64,000 bases of DNA. It comes from Octopus vulgaris (taxonomy: Eukaryota). Below are positions 26,660 to 38,484 of this stretch, one piece after another; position 1 is the stretch's first letter; each line of letters begins with the position of its first letter. The notes under the pieces were generated by a model. It was given only the letters and a program-made list of their open reading frames with translations, had not been told where the DNA came from and did not search any database. Position numbers and translations under genes: made by a program. The stretch spans positions 8,432,001 to 8,496,000 of the forward strand of contig CATOCA020000001.1 in assembly GCA_951406725.2 (NCBI GenBank), read 5' to 3'.

Positions 26660-27516
26660 ACTAATGAGCTTCTTCTTATAGCTAAATCACTACCAGAACT
26701 AGAGAACAAATTTCGCGTACGGAAGCAAGGTCTAGAATTGAAAGGCCATAGAATTAACCTACCCAACCCTAACCCAAAGTCTTAGTAAGTAGGAAAACAG
26801 ATAAATCATAAAGCCCTTCAGGTACATGGCCATCCTCAAAAAGAAGGTAGGTAGATGTACTCTGTATAACACATAATAGGTGTAGCAATATCAGAGGAAG
26901 GTAAACTGGGAAAATATTTTTTGTATGTGGAAGGTGCACATGTACAGTAAACACTAAAAGTGTACAGAAAATGGGCTCCATCAAATGCCAGAGGAGTACA
27001 TTAGAGATCGTTGAGTAACAAAGTCAGTAGCAGAGGTGGATGAACCAAGAGTGTGGCTGCAAGAATAAAAATAGGCTGAGCAAATTCAGAGAGCTCCTTC
27101 CTCTGTTTGGTAACTAAGGGTCTCTCCTTCAGAGTGAAAGGCAGATTGATTATACCTGTGCAGACAGCTATGCTACATGGCAGAAGAAGTAGACATAAGA
27201 AGGCATTGGACAAGGTGGTAATGCATGATCTTTGACTGTTGAAACTTATAAAGGCAATGACTAATGACTGACACCTTTCATGACATGCTGTGCCTTAGAA
27301 GACAATATATTGTAAATAATTTCCCATCAATTAATTTTTTTCACAACCCCTGCCCACAACACTCATGGAGTGTTTGATGTTAAGAAGAACATCCAGCCAT
27401 AGAAACAATGACAAATCAAGACTGGAGTCTGCTGCAGACCCTCAGCTTACCAGCCCTGATGAAACTGTCCAACCCAAGCCAGCATAGATAATGGACATTA
27501 AATGATGATGATGATG
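26660..27516 (+). pseudogene. Decayed, internally deleted RTE LINE (post-YADD RT region, 3' UTR, (GAT)n tail)
   Basis: Broken frames read IAKSLPELENKFRVRKQGLELKGHRIN and VAARIKIG*ANSESSFL...GLSFRVKGRL; ends ggacattaaatgatgatgatgatg. Confidence 0.75.
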
Positions 27517-28255
27517 AGGACAATTCTTTTTGTAAAACTTTTGCATTTGATGCTGAACATTTAGTTTAAAGTTAATTTTATACATTGAATTTTCATTTCT
27601 TGTGAAATCAATTTTAATATTTCAAATTCAAAAATATTTAACAAAATATAATGAGAAACTGAAGCAAGTACTACTTCTATATTTGTAAAAACAAAAAGAA
27701 ACAAATAGAGGAAAATGAGCAAAATTGTGCTAAAGTGAAACTAAGAAACAGAATACTGTGTAAGGCAAGATACAACTGTATTTTATGAAAGTACCATATT
27801 GCATAAACACAAAAAAAAAGAAACTATTGCAGAGGGAATTAAACTGAAACAGATATCAACATGATACACACAACCCATGCTAGTATGGATAAAATGATTA
27901 GATATTTCTGTCGAGAGAAAATTCAATGTCAATCTTATGCAACCAACAATAACCTCAAACTTATCAGATTATTGTAGATGAGCAACAACTCAAGAAAACC
28001 TGTCAAAATTCTATGTTCTTACAATGAATTAATTGCAAGTATTTAAGTATGTAGACAACATAATTTCATGTTTTATATGCATCAATACATGTGTAAAAAT
28101 AAGTCTCATATCTACGTTCATTTTTCCATCCTAGCATGAGTTTGAAAAATATAAGATTTAATAGTTGGGTAACATTGTCGTAGCTAATGATAATTTTCTA
28201 CTAAAGGTTTTCTTTTTTCTTTCAAAGTGCAGTTCTAACAAATGATACATTTGTA

Positions 28256-29462
28256 CACAAACATGACAAAAGTAAATAGATACCCATTAACACATTGTTT
28301 TATGGTTATTATAACTTGAAGAGGTTTATATTTTTTTTATTAATTGACATTTATGTTTCAGGTTCTATATGTAACTGTTTAATCATGCCATGTACAAAAG
28401 AAGCCTTAAAAATGTCCAATTTACAAAGAGGCCATATGCTGCCTATTTCAAGGCTGACTTAGCCTAAAACCACAGAAAACATTGTGATTCCACTTTCTAC
28501 AGTAAATAGAGTAATTTTTCAATTCACTAAATGGGAAAGTAGTCCATATCACCTTACCCAGGTAGACTAAGGCCCTCTGACAGAACACTTTGCTTTCTTA
28601 AGAGAAGTGTGTAAGATAATCCTCATTGCAAGGCCTCCAATATAGCAGAATAAGTTGATGTCAGTCCCAGAATAGCTGTCAGTTATCTCCGCAAAATTGG
28701 CTATTATGGCAGAGCAGCAAGAAAGAAGACACTGCTTCGACCAGCCAATATCAAATGGAGAAAAGATTGGACAAGTGAGATGGTAGAGAGGTCACTAGCA
28801 CTTTGGGACACTGTCAAATTCTCTGATGAATCCAAATTTGCTGTATTTTCTGACACTGGTCGAATGTGGGTCTGGAGAATCAGTCACCAATATTTTCACG
28901 TGAATATATTGCAGCCAACAATGGAACATGTGATGGTCTGGAGAGCAGTTTGGAGCAATAGTCAATCAGAAATGGTGGAGTGTGAGGGATACATAAACTC
29001 AGATAAATATGTGTCCATATTATAGAAAAATCTTCTTCCTATAACCTCCAGGGGTAAAATGATTAAATAACACTATTTATCGAAGATAGGGCTTTCTTGC
29101 ACAACTAAAAGACCCAGGATTGGTTGGAAGAGAATGGCATTAAAAAGCTTCCATAGCTAAGCCAATCACCAGATATGAACCCTACTGAACACCTCTGAGG
29201 CATGATGGATGGGATACTTCCTAAAAAGAAAAAGAAAGCATCCTTAAAGCCAGATCTTTTGATATTACTGCAAGAAACTTGGCAAGAAAATCATGAAGAG
29301 AATATTCATCAGATCAGTAGCATGCCTGCTAGGGTCCTTGCATTCAAAAATGCAAGGAGCCTGTCTACTAAATATTAGATATTCACATTATAATAATTAA
29401 TAAATAATTTAAATAAATTTTAACAATCATAAGGGTGTCTATTTAATTCCGTCATGTCTATG
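28256..29462 (+). mobile_element. Tc1-family DNA transposon, full length but with inactivated transposase
   Basis: Imperfect ~30-bp TIRs (cacaaacatgacaaaagtaaatagataccc / gggtgtctatttaattccgtcatgtctatg) each flanked by TA; motifs GRAARKK, FSDESKF, VMVW, QSPDMNPTEHL with several stops and frameshifts. Confidence 0.9.
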
Positions 29463-29599
29463 TAGTTTTTGAAGCAAAACACAATGGAAACATTAATATT
29501 AAGACCTTTTCAAAAATCTCTCTCAAGCATTTCATGCACACTAAGATTTTATTGACATTCATTCAAATTCACTCATTCCAACATGAAACAATTTTTTCC

Positions 29600-30190
29600 A
29601 TCAAAAACTTTGTGATCTTTTCACTGTCTCTAATTTGATCTAGATCCTCTAAGTGTCTCTAATGCATTCATGCCTTAATTTCAATTTGTTGCCTAGATTT
29701 TTCCTCAGGGCCAACTCACCAAACAGAAATTAATGAGAGACCTAATTGCCTTTCATCTTGATCACATAAATACACCCACACATTTGGTGCTCAAATACAG
29801 CATGCTCCACACTAGGAGATTGACAGTTACCCACTATATGCAAAAATCGAACACACTTGCAGTACTAAACAAGCCATTACTATTGCATTTTCTGGCTTCA
29901 TGTTTCCCAATTATATCCCAAATTTTTTTATCCCTGCAAATGCTTTCATTGAAATCACCAAATATGAAGATTTTATAAGCAGAAAGAACATAGAAGCTTT
30001 TTTCATGAAAGATAAAATATTAGTCTTTTTTTTCTCTTCAGAGGAACACATGGTTGGAGGGTAGACACTTACTAAGGTAACAAATCTCTTGTTTGACAAT
30101 GGCAATCTCACTGACATCAAGGTAATCAGTAAATCCAGAGAGTTCATAATCTTAGATGCCAATATTTCACAAACATTCAATGGTCTGTAC
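29600..30190 (-). pseudogene. Decayed AP-endonuclease region of an RTE/BovB-like LINE
   Basis: LMSVRLPLSNKRFVTLVSVYPPTMCSSEE; GDFN motif in a shifted frame (ggtgatttcaat on minus). Confidence 0.72.
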
Positions 30191-30647
30191 TCTCTTGCAG
30201 TAGCAAGATGACACATAGGCCCAGGCTGCAATACTGTGGGACACCTTCACTATCCATTCCACATCCCTTCTTGACATTACTCTAAATTATTTTGATTTTT
30301 CAATGAGTATTTTGCACTTTTTGTCAACAGTTACCTATAACATGCATCACATAATTGATATGGTGTATACACACACATGCAATAAGCATCATATAGTTCC
30401 CATCAACCACTTTCACTAAAAATGCATTTGTTGGTCCCTACCTATAGTCGAAGACTCTTGCCCAAAATGACACACAGTAGAACTAGACCCTAAACCATGG
30501 TATTGGGAAACAAACATATTTTACATTTGCAAACATATATGTCTTATGGAAATTGTTCAATATACACAGAGAAACAGTTGTTCAATTTACAAACAGCTAT
30601 GGTTAACTAACAGAAAACTTAATTTAACAAAAAAATTATGTACTTAC

Positions 30648-31018
30648 ATACAGGTGAAGCTTCTTGCTTGGTAAAATCTACATGTATAAAGAAAAGTCTA
30701 CATGTATAAACTGTTGTGGTGAGAGTCATTGGCACCCCTATGGGATTGGAAGAATGGACTAGCAAAACTCTTATAAAAAAATTAGCATATTGGTTGAGAC
30801 AAAGAGAGTCATTGGGAGTTCATGGAAGTTGTTGACATTGTTCAGAGTTTCTATTTATTAGAAGTATTGTGTTTAGTAGAGTAATCTGAAGTGGGTTGTG
30901 TGAAGACAGTTGTGTCTATCCCCGCTTCGTGAAATTTGCATATCCAACATATAGAAAGATATAAAATAAACAAAAGTTCGCATGTAAACCAATAAGTGTA
31001 ATCATTCATTTTTTAACC
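30648..31018 (-). other. Candidate internal exon containing a 52-codon ORF (31009-30851)
   Basis: Acceptor tgtttttcatttttactttcag at 31019 and donor gtaagt at 30647; aaaaaATG start; non-repetitive sequence. Confidence 0.4.
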
Positions 31019-32133
31019 CTGAAAGTAAAAATGAAAAACATCCTAATAGTAGCGAAAGGAAAATTTTGGCTTTAATATCAGTTCAATACTCTTTATTTGA
31101 AGTGACAAGCAGCCAAGAATTTGGCAAATGGAAACTTTTACATGTCTCATGTTACATGCATATATATGCATGCTTGCACCCAGTTTCTGTGCACATCTAT
31201 AGACTGTTAACTTTTTTTTTCCTTTGCATGCAACTCTTTTCTCATGAGAATATCTCCTCCTCATTTTATAACTTTCCCGTCTTTTTCTTACAATTTCACC
31301 ATCGTCACATCAACAGAGACATTAAGACAGTAGCAGTCGACAAGGCATGTATAACGATTAAATAAATAAAAAAATTGTCTATATCTTCGATCACTGTCAT
31401 TATTCCATTGAGTCAACCTCATTATTTTCTACATAGCAGACCGTTACATAAACAGGCAAAGGTAATCTTTCGGAATAATGTAAACACTGAATCGGCCATA
31501 CATACATACACACACACACACACACATACATACATACACACACATACATACAAACACACATAGATAGATACATACACACACACACATGCATACATACACA
31601 CACACACACATACATAGATACATACACACATACATATACACATACACCGAGTAAAAAATTTCAGTTATCTCTCTTTCACACACACTAACAGAAGCACTTC
31701 ACTTACACAACATACTTTCTGTGCCCCACACCCCATCAAACACACACACACACACACATGTACATCAAAGCTTTCCATGCGCGGTAACTTCAAAACAACT
31801 TCCCTCCTCATACAATCGCTTTCTCTTAGTCTCTTTCGCTCTCATTACTTCAAAAGTTCCCGCAAACCCATATGTAAAAAAAATAATAGTTTTTTGCGGA
31901 AATTGACGGAAAGGTCTACTAGAAACGAAAGATAACCTTTCGTTTTAACCAACATCTTAATTATGAATCTGAACTCCAAACTTTTTATACATTTTGCCAC
32001 TAAAGAAAATGAAAAGCGAGGCCCTCGAACACAACAGACTTCCTTCAGCTTTTGTCTTTACATCGTCACCAAATACTCTTACTTATTTTTTTCTAGATAT
32101 TAACAATAACAATAATAATAATTTCTTACTTAC

Positions 32134-32245
32134 TTATTTCAAAATTGTCAGCTGCAGGACAAACATTCAAAGACGAAAATTCAATAAAAAATTCAGACCG
32201 GCGCCATTGAAAAACATACAACAATCCCACAATGCTTTGCGTAAA
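32134..32245 (-). promoter_or_regulatory. Candidate promoter/first exon: ZNF143(Staf)-like site, YY1-like core and splice donor
   Basis: acaacaatcccacaatgctttgcg (32218-32241) fits the Staf consensus YYCCCANNATGCNYYRCR with an ACTACA-like flank; aatggcgcc on minus at 32200-32208; aa|gtaagt at 32133. Confidence 0.5.
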
Positions 32246-32726
32246 GTCAGACACCAATTTTCAGCCGCTATAGTTCCGTATTTGTTCGGTTATAAATTAA
32301 TCCATTGTAAAATAGATACATTTACAATTCATGTGTGAGTGTGTGTGTTCTTGATAATCGTTTAGAACAAGAAGTTTTACACCAATTATACTATTTTTTT
32401 AAAGGCCGTGGACTGAAGATGGCCGAGGCCTTTCCCCCACCCCACCCCTTTCGCGAGCGCGCATTTTTTTTTCATCATATTCGTTTAGAACAAATTGTTT
32501 TACACTATTTTTGTTTTTGTTTTGGTGCCCAGGTCAGACGCTTTCGGAAATTCCCGATGTGAATTTTCCGAGGCATCACCCCCACTCCCCTTTCGCGTGC
32601 GCGCAATTTTTTCATATTCGTTTATAGGAAGTTGTTTTACACCTATTACACAAATTTTTTTTGTTTTTTTTGACCGGGTTTAACGCTTTAGTTTAACCTA
32701 TATATATATATATATATACATATATT

Positions 32727-33038
32727 CTGGAGCACCGCCTTTAGTCGAGCAAATCGACCCCGGGACTTATTCTTTGTAAGCCCAGTACTTATTCTATCGG
32801 TCTCTTTTGCCGAACCGCTAAGTGACGGGGACGTAAACACACCAGCAATGCTACGGGGACAAACACAGACACACAAATACATATATACGACAGGCTTCTT
32901 TCAGTTTCCGTCTACCAAATCCACTCACAAGGCATTGGTCAGCCCGAGGCTATAGTAGAAGACACTTGCCCATGGTGTCACGCAGTGGGACTGAACCCGG
33001 AACCGTGTGGTTTGTAAGCAAGCTACTTACCACACAGC
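32727..33038 (-). mobile_element. SINE family A, truncated at both ends
   Basis: Family A similarity. Confidence 0.85.
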
Positions 33039-33310
33039 TATATATATATGTATATATCTGTATATATGAAGCGAAGACTATGTGTTTATTCGCTTACGGC
33101 ATACTGTTGAAGAACGTGATTCACTGCCTGTTCCGGGATTCGAAATCACAATTTTACGACTGTGAATGCAACACGCTTTGTCGCTAGGCCACGCGGCTTC
33201 ACACACACGCGCACACAATTTCGTGCACATACACACACACTTACCACTTATACACATTCATGTGGTGTGCGTGTGTATGTGTGTTTGTGTTATATATACG
33301 TATAAATACA

Positions 33311-33341
<31 letters not shown>

Positions 33342-33344
33342 CTA

Positions 33345-35273
33345 TCTCTATATATAAAACTGAAATGCGTTTTTACCGCTTGGATCGCTTTCAATGCCAC
33401 TACGACCCGTCCGATTCGCTCCTAAATTTACAGGGACATGTAGAATGAGGTGACGATGCGCGTGGGCTACCTTAGAAATCCCTATCTTAAAAGGTGTGGT
33501 TGCTAGGGGCCATCTTCTTCACTCACACTATTTCCTTCTTTCCCTCTCTTACTCCCCTTCATTTATAACGTTGACAATGTCCACTCCCGTTATTTAATGT
33601 ATTCCCCTCAACTCCCTTTCACTTTGCCTTTATAAAGTCGTCAGGCGGCTTTCTTTGATGGATCTGTTTGCATTCATAGGGAGAATTATCATCGCTACAA
33701 TTTATGTATATGTCTTCCTCACTCACTCAATCTTTTTCCTAATGATAATTATCATCGCCACCACCACCACCACCACCACCAACACACAATACTCACTCTA
33801 TTTCATACAAACGGCCTTCTTTTATGTATCTGTCTGTGTGAAAGAGAGAGATAACTGAAATTTTTTACTTGGTTTTTGTAGTGCGTGCGTGTGTATGCAT
33901 GTATGTGTGTATGTATGTATGCATGTATGTGTCTGTGTGTATGTATCTATGTATGTGTGTGTGTATGTATGTATGTGTGTGTATGTATGTGTGAGTGTGC
34001 ATGTATGTATGTACCTTTGCCTGTTTATGTAACGGTCTGCTATGTAGAAATGAGGTTGGCTCAATGGAAATGCATACATACACACACACATACATACACA
34101 CACATACACACATACACATATAGATGCAGACCTATGTTAAAAGTGCTGGCAAGTTTGCATGACAACTATTTTTTTTCCTCAAATGAAAGGCGTCACCTCT
34201 AGGACAAAATTCCTCATCTTATAAAATGTGGCCCCAGTACACCCGAATGAAATCACGTTATATTAACCAAAATGTGAAAAGGGGTATAAATGGGGCTGGA
34301 AGGGGATTAAAATTTAAAGGAGCGGGTGTTTAGCAATTCTCTGTTACATCAAGCTAAAAAATTTGCGCCAGCCTTTTAATCGTCAATGTGTTGCCGTCCA
34401 TGATGAAGAAGTTTTGAATGCTTGCCATGGTGAGTCTACTGTTGTTGAAAAGAATCACTTCAAAACTTGGTGTTTAGGGATTTTCTTTTACATCAAGTTC
34501 AAAATTTTACGCCAGCCGTTAAACTGTCAAAACGTTGCTGTCCGTCGTTAAGAAATGCCAGCCATGCTGACTCTACTACCCTCAGATTCTATCCCTTCAA
34601 ACTTTGGTTTCCAATATTTTATTATTTTTATTCAGCTCGCAAGTTCATCTGTCCCTTTTAAATGTTAGTGTTTTGCTGTCTGCCTTGAAGCAGACCTTTC
34701 CGTTGTTACTGCCTGATATTTATGATTGATCTTTCTAAATATTTTATTTCTCAACTTACTCAAGATATTTTGTTGTTTATAAATGGGAGAGAGATAGATA
34801 AAGATAGAGAGTAAGAGAAAGCGAGGGAGAGTCCAAGAGAAAGGAAGAGTAAGAGAGTGGGGAAAGTGAGAGAGAAAGGAGAGAGAAACAAAGAGGGAGA
34901 ATCATCATCATCGTTAAACGTCCGTTTTCTGTGCTAGCACGGGTTGGACAGTTTGACCAGGGTCTGGGAAGCCAGGAGGCTGCACCAGGCTCCAGTCTGA
35001 TCTGGCAGTGTTTCTACAGGTGGATGCCCTTCCTAACGCCAACCACTCTGTGAGCGTAGTGGGTGCATTTTTCGTGCCGCCGGCACAGGTGCCAGGGGGG
35101 CTGGCAATGGCCACGATCGGTTGGTGCTTTTTACGTGTCACTGGCACAGAAGCCAGTCAAGGCGGCGCTGCAATCCGCCACGTTCGGATGGTACTTTTTA
35201 CGTGCTGAAAGGAAGCAACAGAAAGTAACAACCACACTCTTACCCGCGCGAGGAGCGGGTCACCTTCAGCTAG
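33345..35273 (+). mobile_element. Non-autonomous Helitron-like element
   Basis: 5' A|TCTCTATATATAAAA; 3' hairpin acccgc-gcgagga-gcgggt (35242-35260) about 10 nt before terminal CTAG; no TSD. Confidence 0.8.
34902..35206 (-). mobile_element. RTE 3'-UTR or RTE-tailed SINE fragment nested in the Helitron
   Basis: Minus strand ends ggacgtttaacgatgatgatga; homologous to RTE 3' end 27370-27516 and to 41860-41965. Confidence 0.78.
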
Positions 35274-35421
35274 TCTCTATATATAAAACTGAAATGCGTT
35301 TTTACCGCTTGGTTCGCTTTCAATGCCACTACATCCCGTCCGATTCGCTCCAAAATTTACAGGGACATGTAGAATGAGGTGACGATGCGCGTGGGCTACC
35401 TTAGAAATCCCTATCTTAAAA
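35274..35421 (+). mobile_element. 5' end of a second Helitron copy fused directly to the first
   Basis: ~148 bp nearly identical to 33345-33492, then diverges; 3' end not found. Confidence 0.8.
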
Positions 35422-35749
35422 GCAACGAAACTCGAACTCACAACCTCTTCACAATGACGCACTCGAAACAAACACACCAGAATAACAACTCCAAAAAAAA
35501 TAGGTCGGCTGGTGATATTTGTCTGGACTTCGTATCTGTCTATATGTAAACTCAGTGAAGTCTATTCACTGATTATCAAAATAAGAAATATTGAATTTCT
35601 AAATCTCTCGTAGAGAGATGTACGGTGGTGGAGCGATAGAATGGTTGTATACTGTCAATCTAACAAGAACGTGACAGTAGGGGGTACACCACCGTTGTAT
35701 AGCCCTAGGAGGCATCGAACGCCTCCTGACAGCTTCGACACATTTTTTC

Positions 35750-38320
35750 CCTGTCGCACACACACAAACGAATACAAACACAGTCGCTCACACACACGTA
35801 CACACAGAAATAAAAACATTCACACAAACACAAACACTGAAATGAAACTACCAACACACACTTTCACACACACACAAATAAAAACAGTTCCACGTACACA
35901 AACACTGAAAAACAATACTCACACACACACACACACACTCACATACGCACAAACACACAAATGAAAATACATAGCTACATATTCACACACTCAAACACGC
36001 GGACAAACACAGAAATGGAAACAGTTACATACCTACACACGCACAAACACACAGACACACACATATAGCAACGAAAAAGACAGTTACACATCCAAACTCT
36101 CACATACGCACCCACACACAGAAATGAAAACGCAGTTACACACTCACACATAAAACCCTAACCCTAACTAGCACAAACATACAATTTATTCAGAATGTAA
36201 AGGGGCATTGGGTCCTTTGCACTCGCAGTTAGAATATCAGCCCCTCCACGCCAGTATGAGAATTTCTGCCATCCACTTGTGAAATTAATACCTTGTCGAC
36301 ATATGGGAAAAATATGAGCAACATCTCAAGTCACTAAAGGTACAATAAATTATACGAAGTTTAAAACTTTTTTGTTACCTACAAACCCACTCTCAACCGA
36401 AAATAAGAATGGAGGTAACATCCAGATTCCACTCAGGGTTACCATTCTATAAGCACCTCTCTCTCTCTCATTTACATGTAGTAATCCATGCATAAATGTT
36501 GAAATGCATGGTACTAAAATACATATATGCAGTTATATATAACCGTACGAGCGTACATTGTTTGATACGTATGTACGTATGTGTAGATGTATATGTGTGT
36601 ATACGTGTCTGTGTGTGTGTGTGTGTGCCGTATGTTGTGTATATTTGTGTATAAATATGTACATGCATGCACATATGAGCATGTGTAAATATACATATGT
36701 ATTATATATGTATGCATGTAAAAAATATTTTTAAAAAAATAAAATAAAACAAGTTTGAATTTTAACCATTGTCCTTGGAAAAATTGTCATATATATGTAT
36801 AGAAACAGCCATATACATCGATGACATAGTTTTCCGATCGGTCACGGTTGGAACGTCTCTCCGATCACCCATAATCCATCTACTGGTTCAGCAAAGACTG
36901 TAGAAGTCGGGGTTTAAACATGATCGCCTCGCGGATTTCAGCAAAAACCACGCACCATAAGGAAACAAACTAAAACCGTGTTGTTTACAATGTTTATATG
37001 TATTTAAATGTGTAATATACAGCTGCACTGACCTTTTCATTGTCCAAGGTGGAGGTAAGGAACTGGCCTAAGGCTTCATTCAGTGTGGGGGTGATCGTAA
37101 GTCCACGACAGGGTGACCATTTGCACACACGAGCGGGAGAGATGGCAACATAATAATCCTTGTAGTGAGTTTGATAATGGCTTTTAAACATTGCACTAAG
37201 AGCTGCTGCTGATGGTGGTGGTAGTAAAAGGTAAAAAGTGCGTCGTGTTGGGAGGAAGTCACTCTGTACTGATGGTGGTGACGGTGTTGTGGTGTGGTGA
37301 GAGATAATGTCGTGATAGAACACTCTGTACCGATGAGTTTGGTGATGGTGACTGTTGTGGTGGTGGTGAAAGTTACTCAGAACTGATGTGGGGGTGGCGG
37401 GAGATACCGGTGTACCGATGATGGTGATAGTGGTGGGGAGAAGTTACTCTACTGATGGGGTGGTGATGGTGGTGGTAGCGACTGTATAATGATGGTGGGA
37501 GTGGTGGTGAGCGGTTACAGTGTACGAATGATAGTGGTGGTGGTAGAGAGAGAGAGAGAGAGATAGGTAGACTGTAGTAGTAGTAGGAGGAACACAAACG
37601 CACACACTCGAACACATAGAAATAAATACATTCACTCACACACAAACGTATGCGCACACAGTACCTGGATCTGTAAAACAGATCAAAGATAAAATACAAG
37701 AGATCGTAAGATCATTTCCAGTTTTCCACACGCACATATCAACACTTGTCAATGAATGTAGTGCACCAAATTACCAAACTCCAACATGTCAGGGGTCACT
37801 TCAACGTATCCTGATTGATATTGCTATCTGACCTATTTCCAACACAGAAATGAAAACATTCATTCACACACACGCACAAACACAGAAATGAAAACACACA
37901 GTTACACACTCACAAACACACACACTCGAACACATAGAAATAATTACATTCACTCACACACACGCACGGAAATGAAAATAATCACACATACTCACACACA
38001 GAAATGAAAACACAGTTACAAACTCACACACCTAGCAATGAAAACACACATGTACACACTCACTCACTCACTCACTCACTCACACACACACGCTCAGGCA
38101 CAAACATTGAACCGGAAACACTCTGTCACACAGGTGCGCGCAAACACAGACACAGAAATTAAAGCACACACACATATTGGCTTACAAACACACTCATTTA
38201 ATTTCTTCAGAATGTCAAAGTTTTAAAGTCAACATATTTAAAGCATAAATACCTACAAGTGTGCATCTTTGCATGTATCTATGTGTGTGTGTGTGTTCGG
38301 ACGTATGTGTGTTAGTGCGT
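35750..38320. repeat. Degenerate (CA)-rich arrays with recurrent acacagaaatgaaaacac motif (35750-36180, 37590-37660, 37840-38210) around unique blocks
   Basis: Motif recurs about 10 times; inverted homology to 25790-26190. Confidence 0.6.
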
Positions 38321-38431
38321 GTTTGAGCACAGTCCACACATACGCTGCCGTAACGTAACGGTTAGAATGAGTACTAGCATTCCAAAGAATAAGTCCTAGG
38401 GTACGTTTTGATTGACTAAAGACGGTGCGCG

Positions 38432-38476
<45 letters not shown>

Positions 38477-38484
38477 GAATACAT

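Noticed and set aside
27900-28005. Possible third minus-strand exon (acceptor ttttgacag near 28000)
   Set aside because: Weak polypyrimidine tract; no convincing ORF or donor
36153-36168. aaccctaaccctaac telomere-like motif (also ~26765)
   Set aside because: Only about two units; insufficient for an interstitial telomere
37661-37680. Apparent 6-nt microexon on minus strand (ttttacag|atccag|gtac)
   Set aside because: Easily arises by chance; no supporting context
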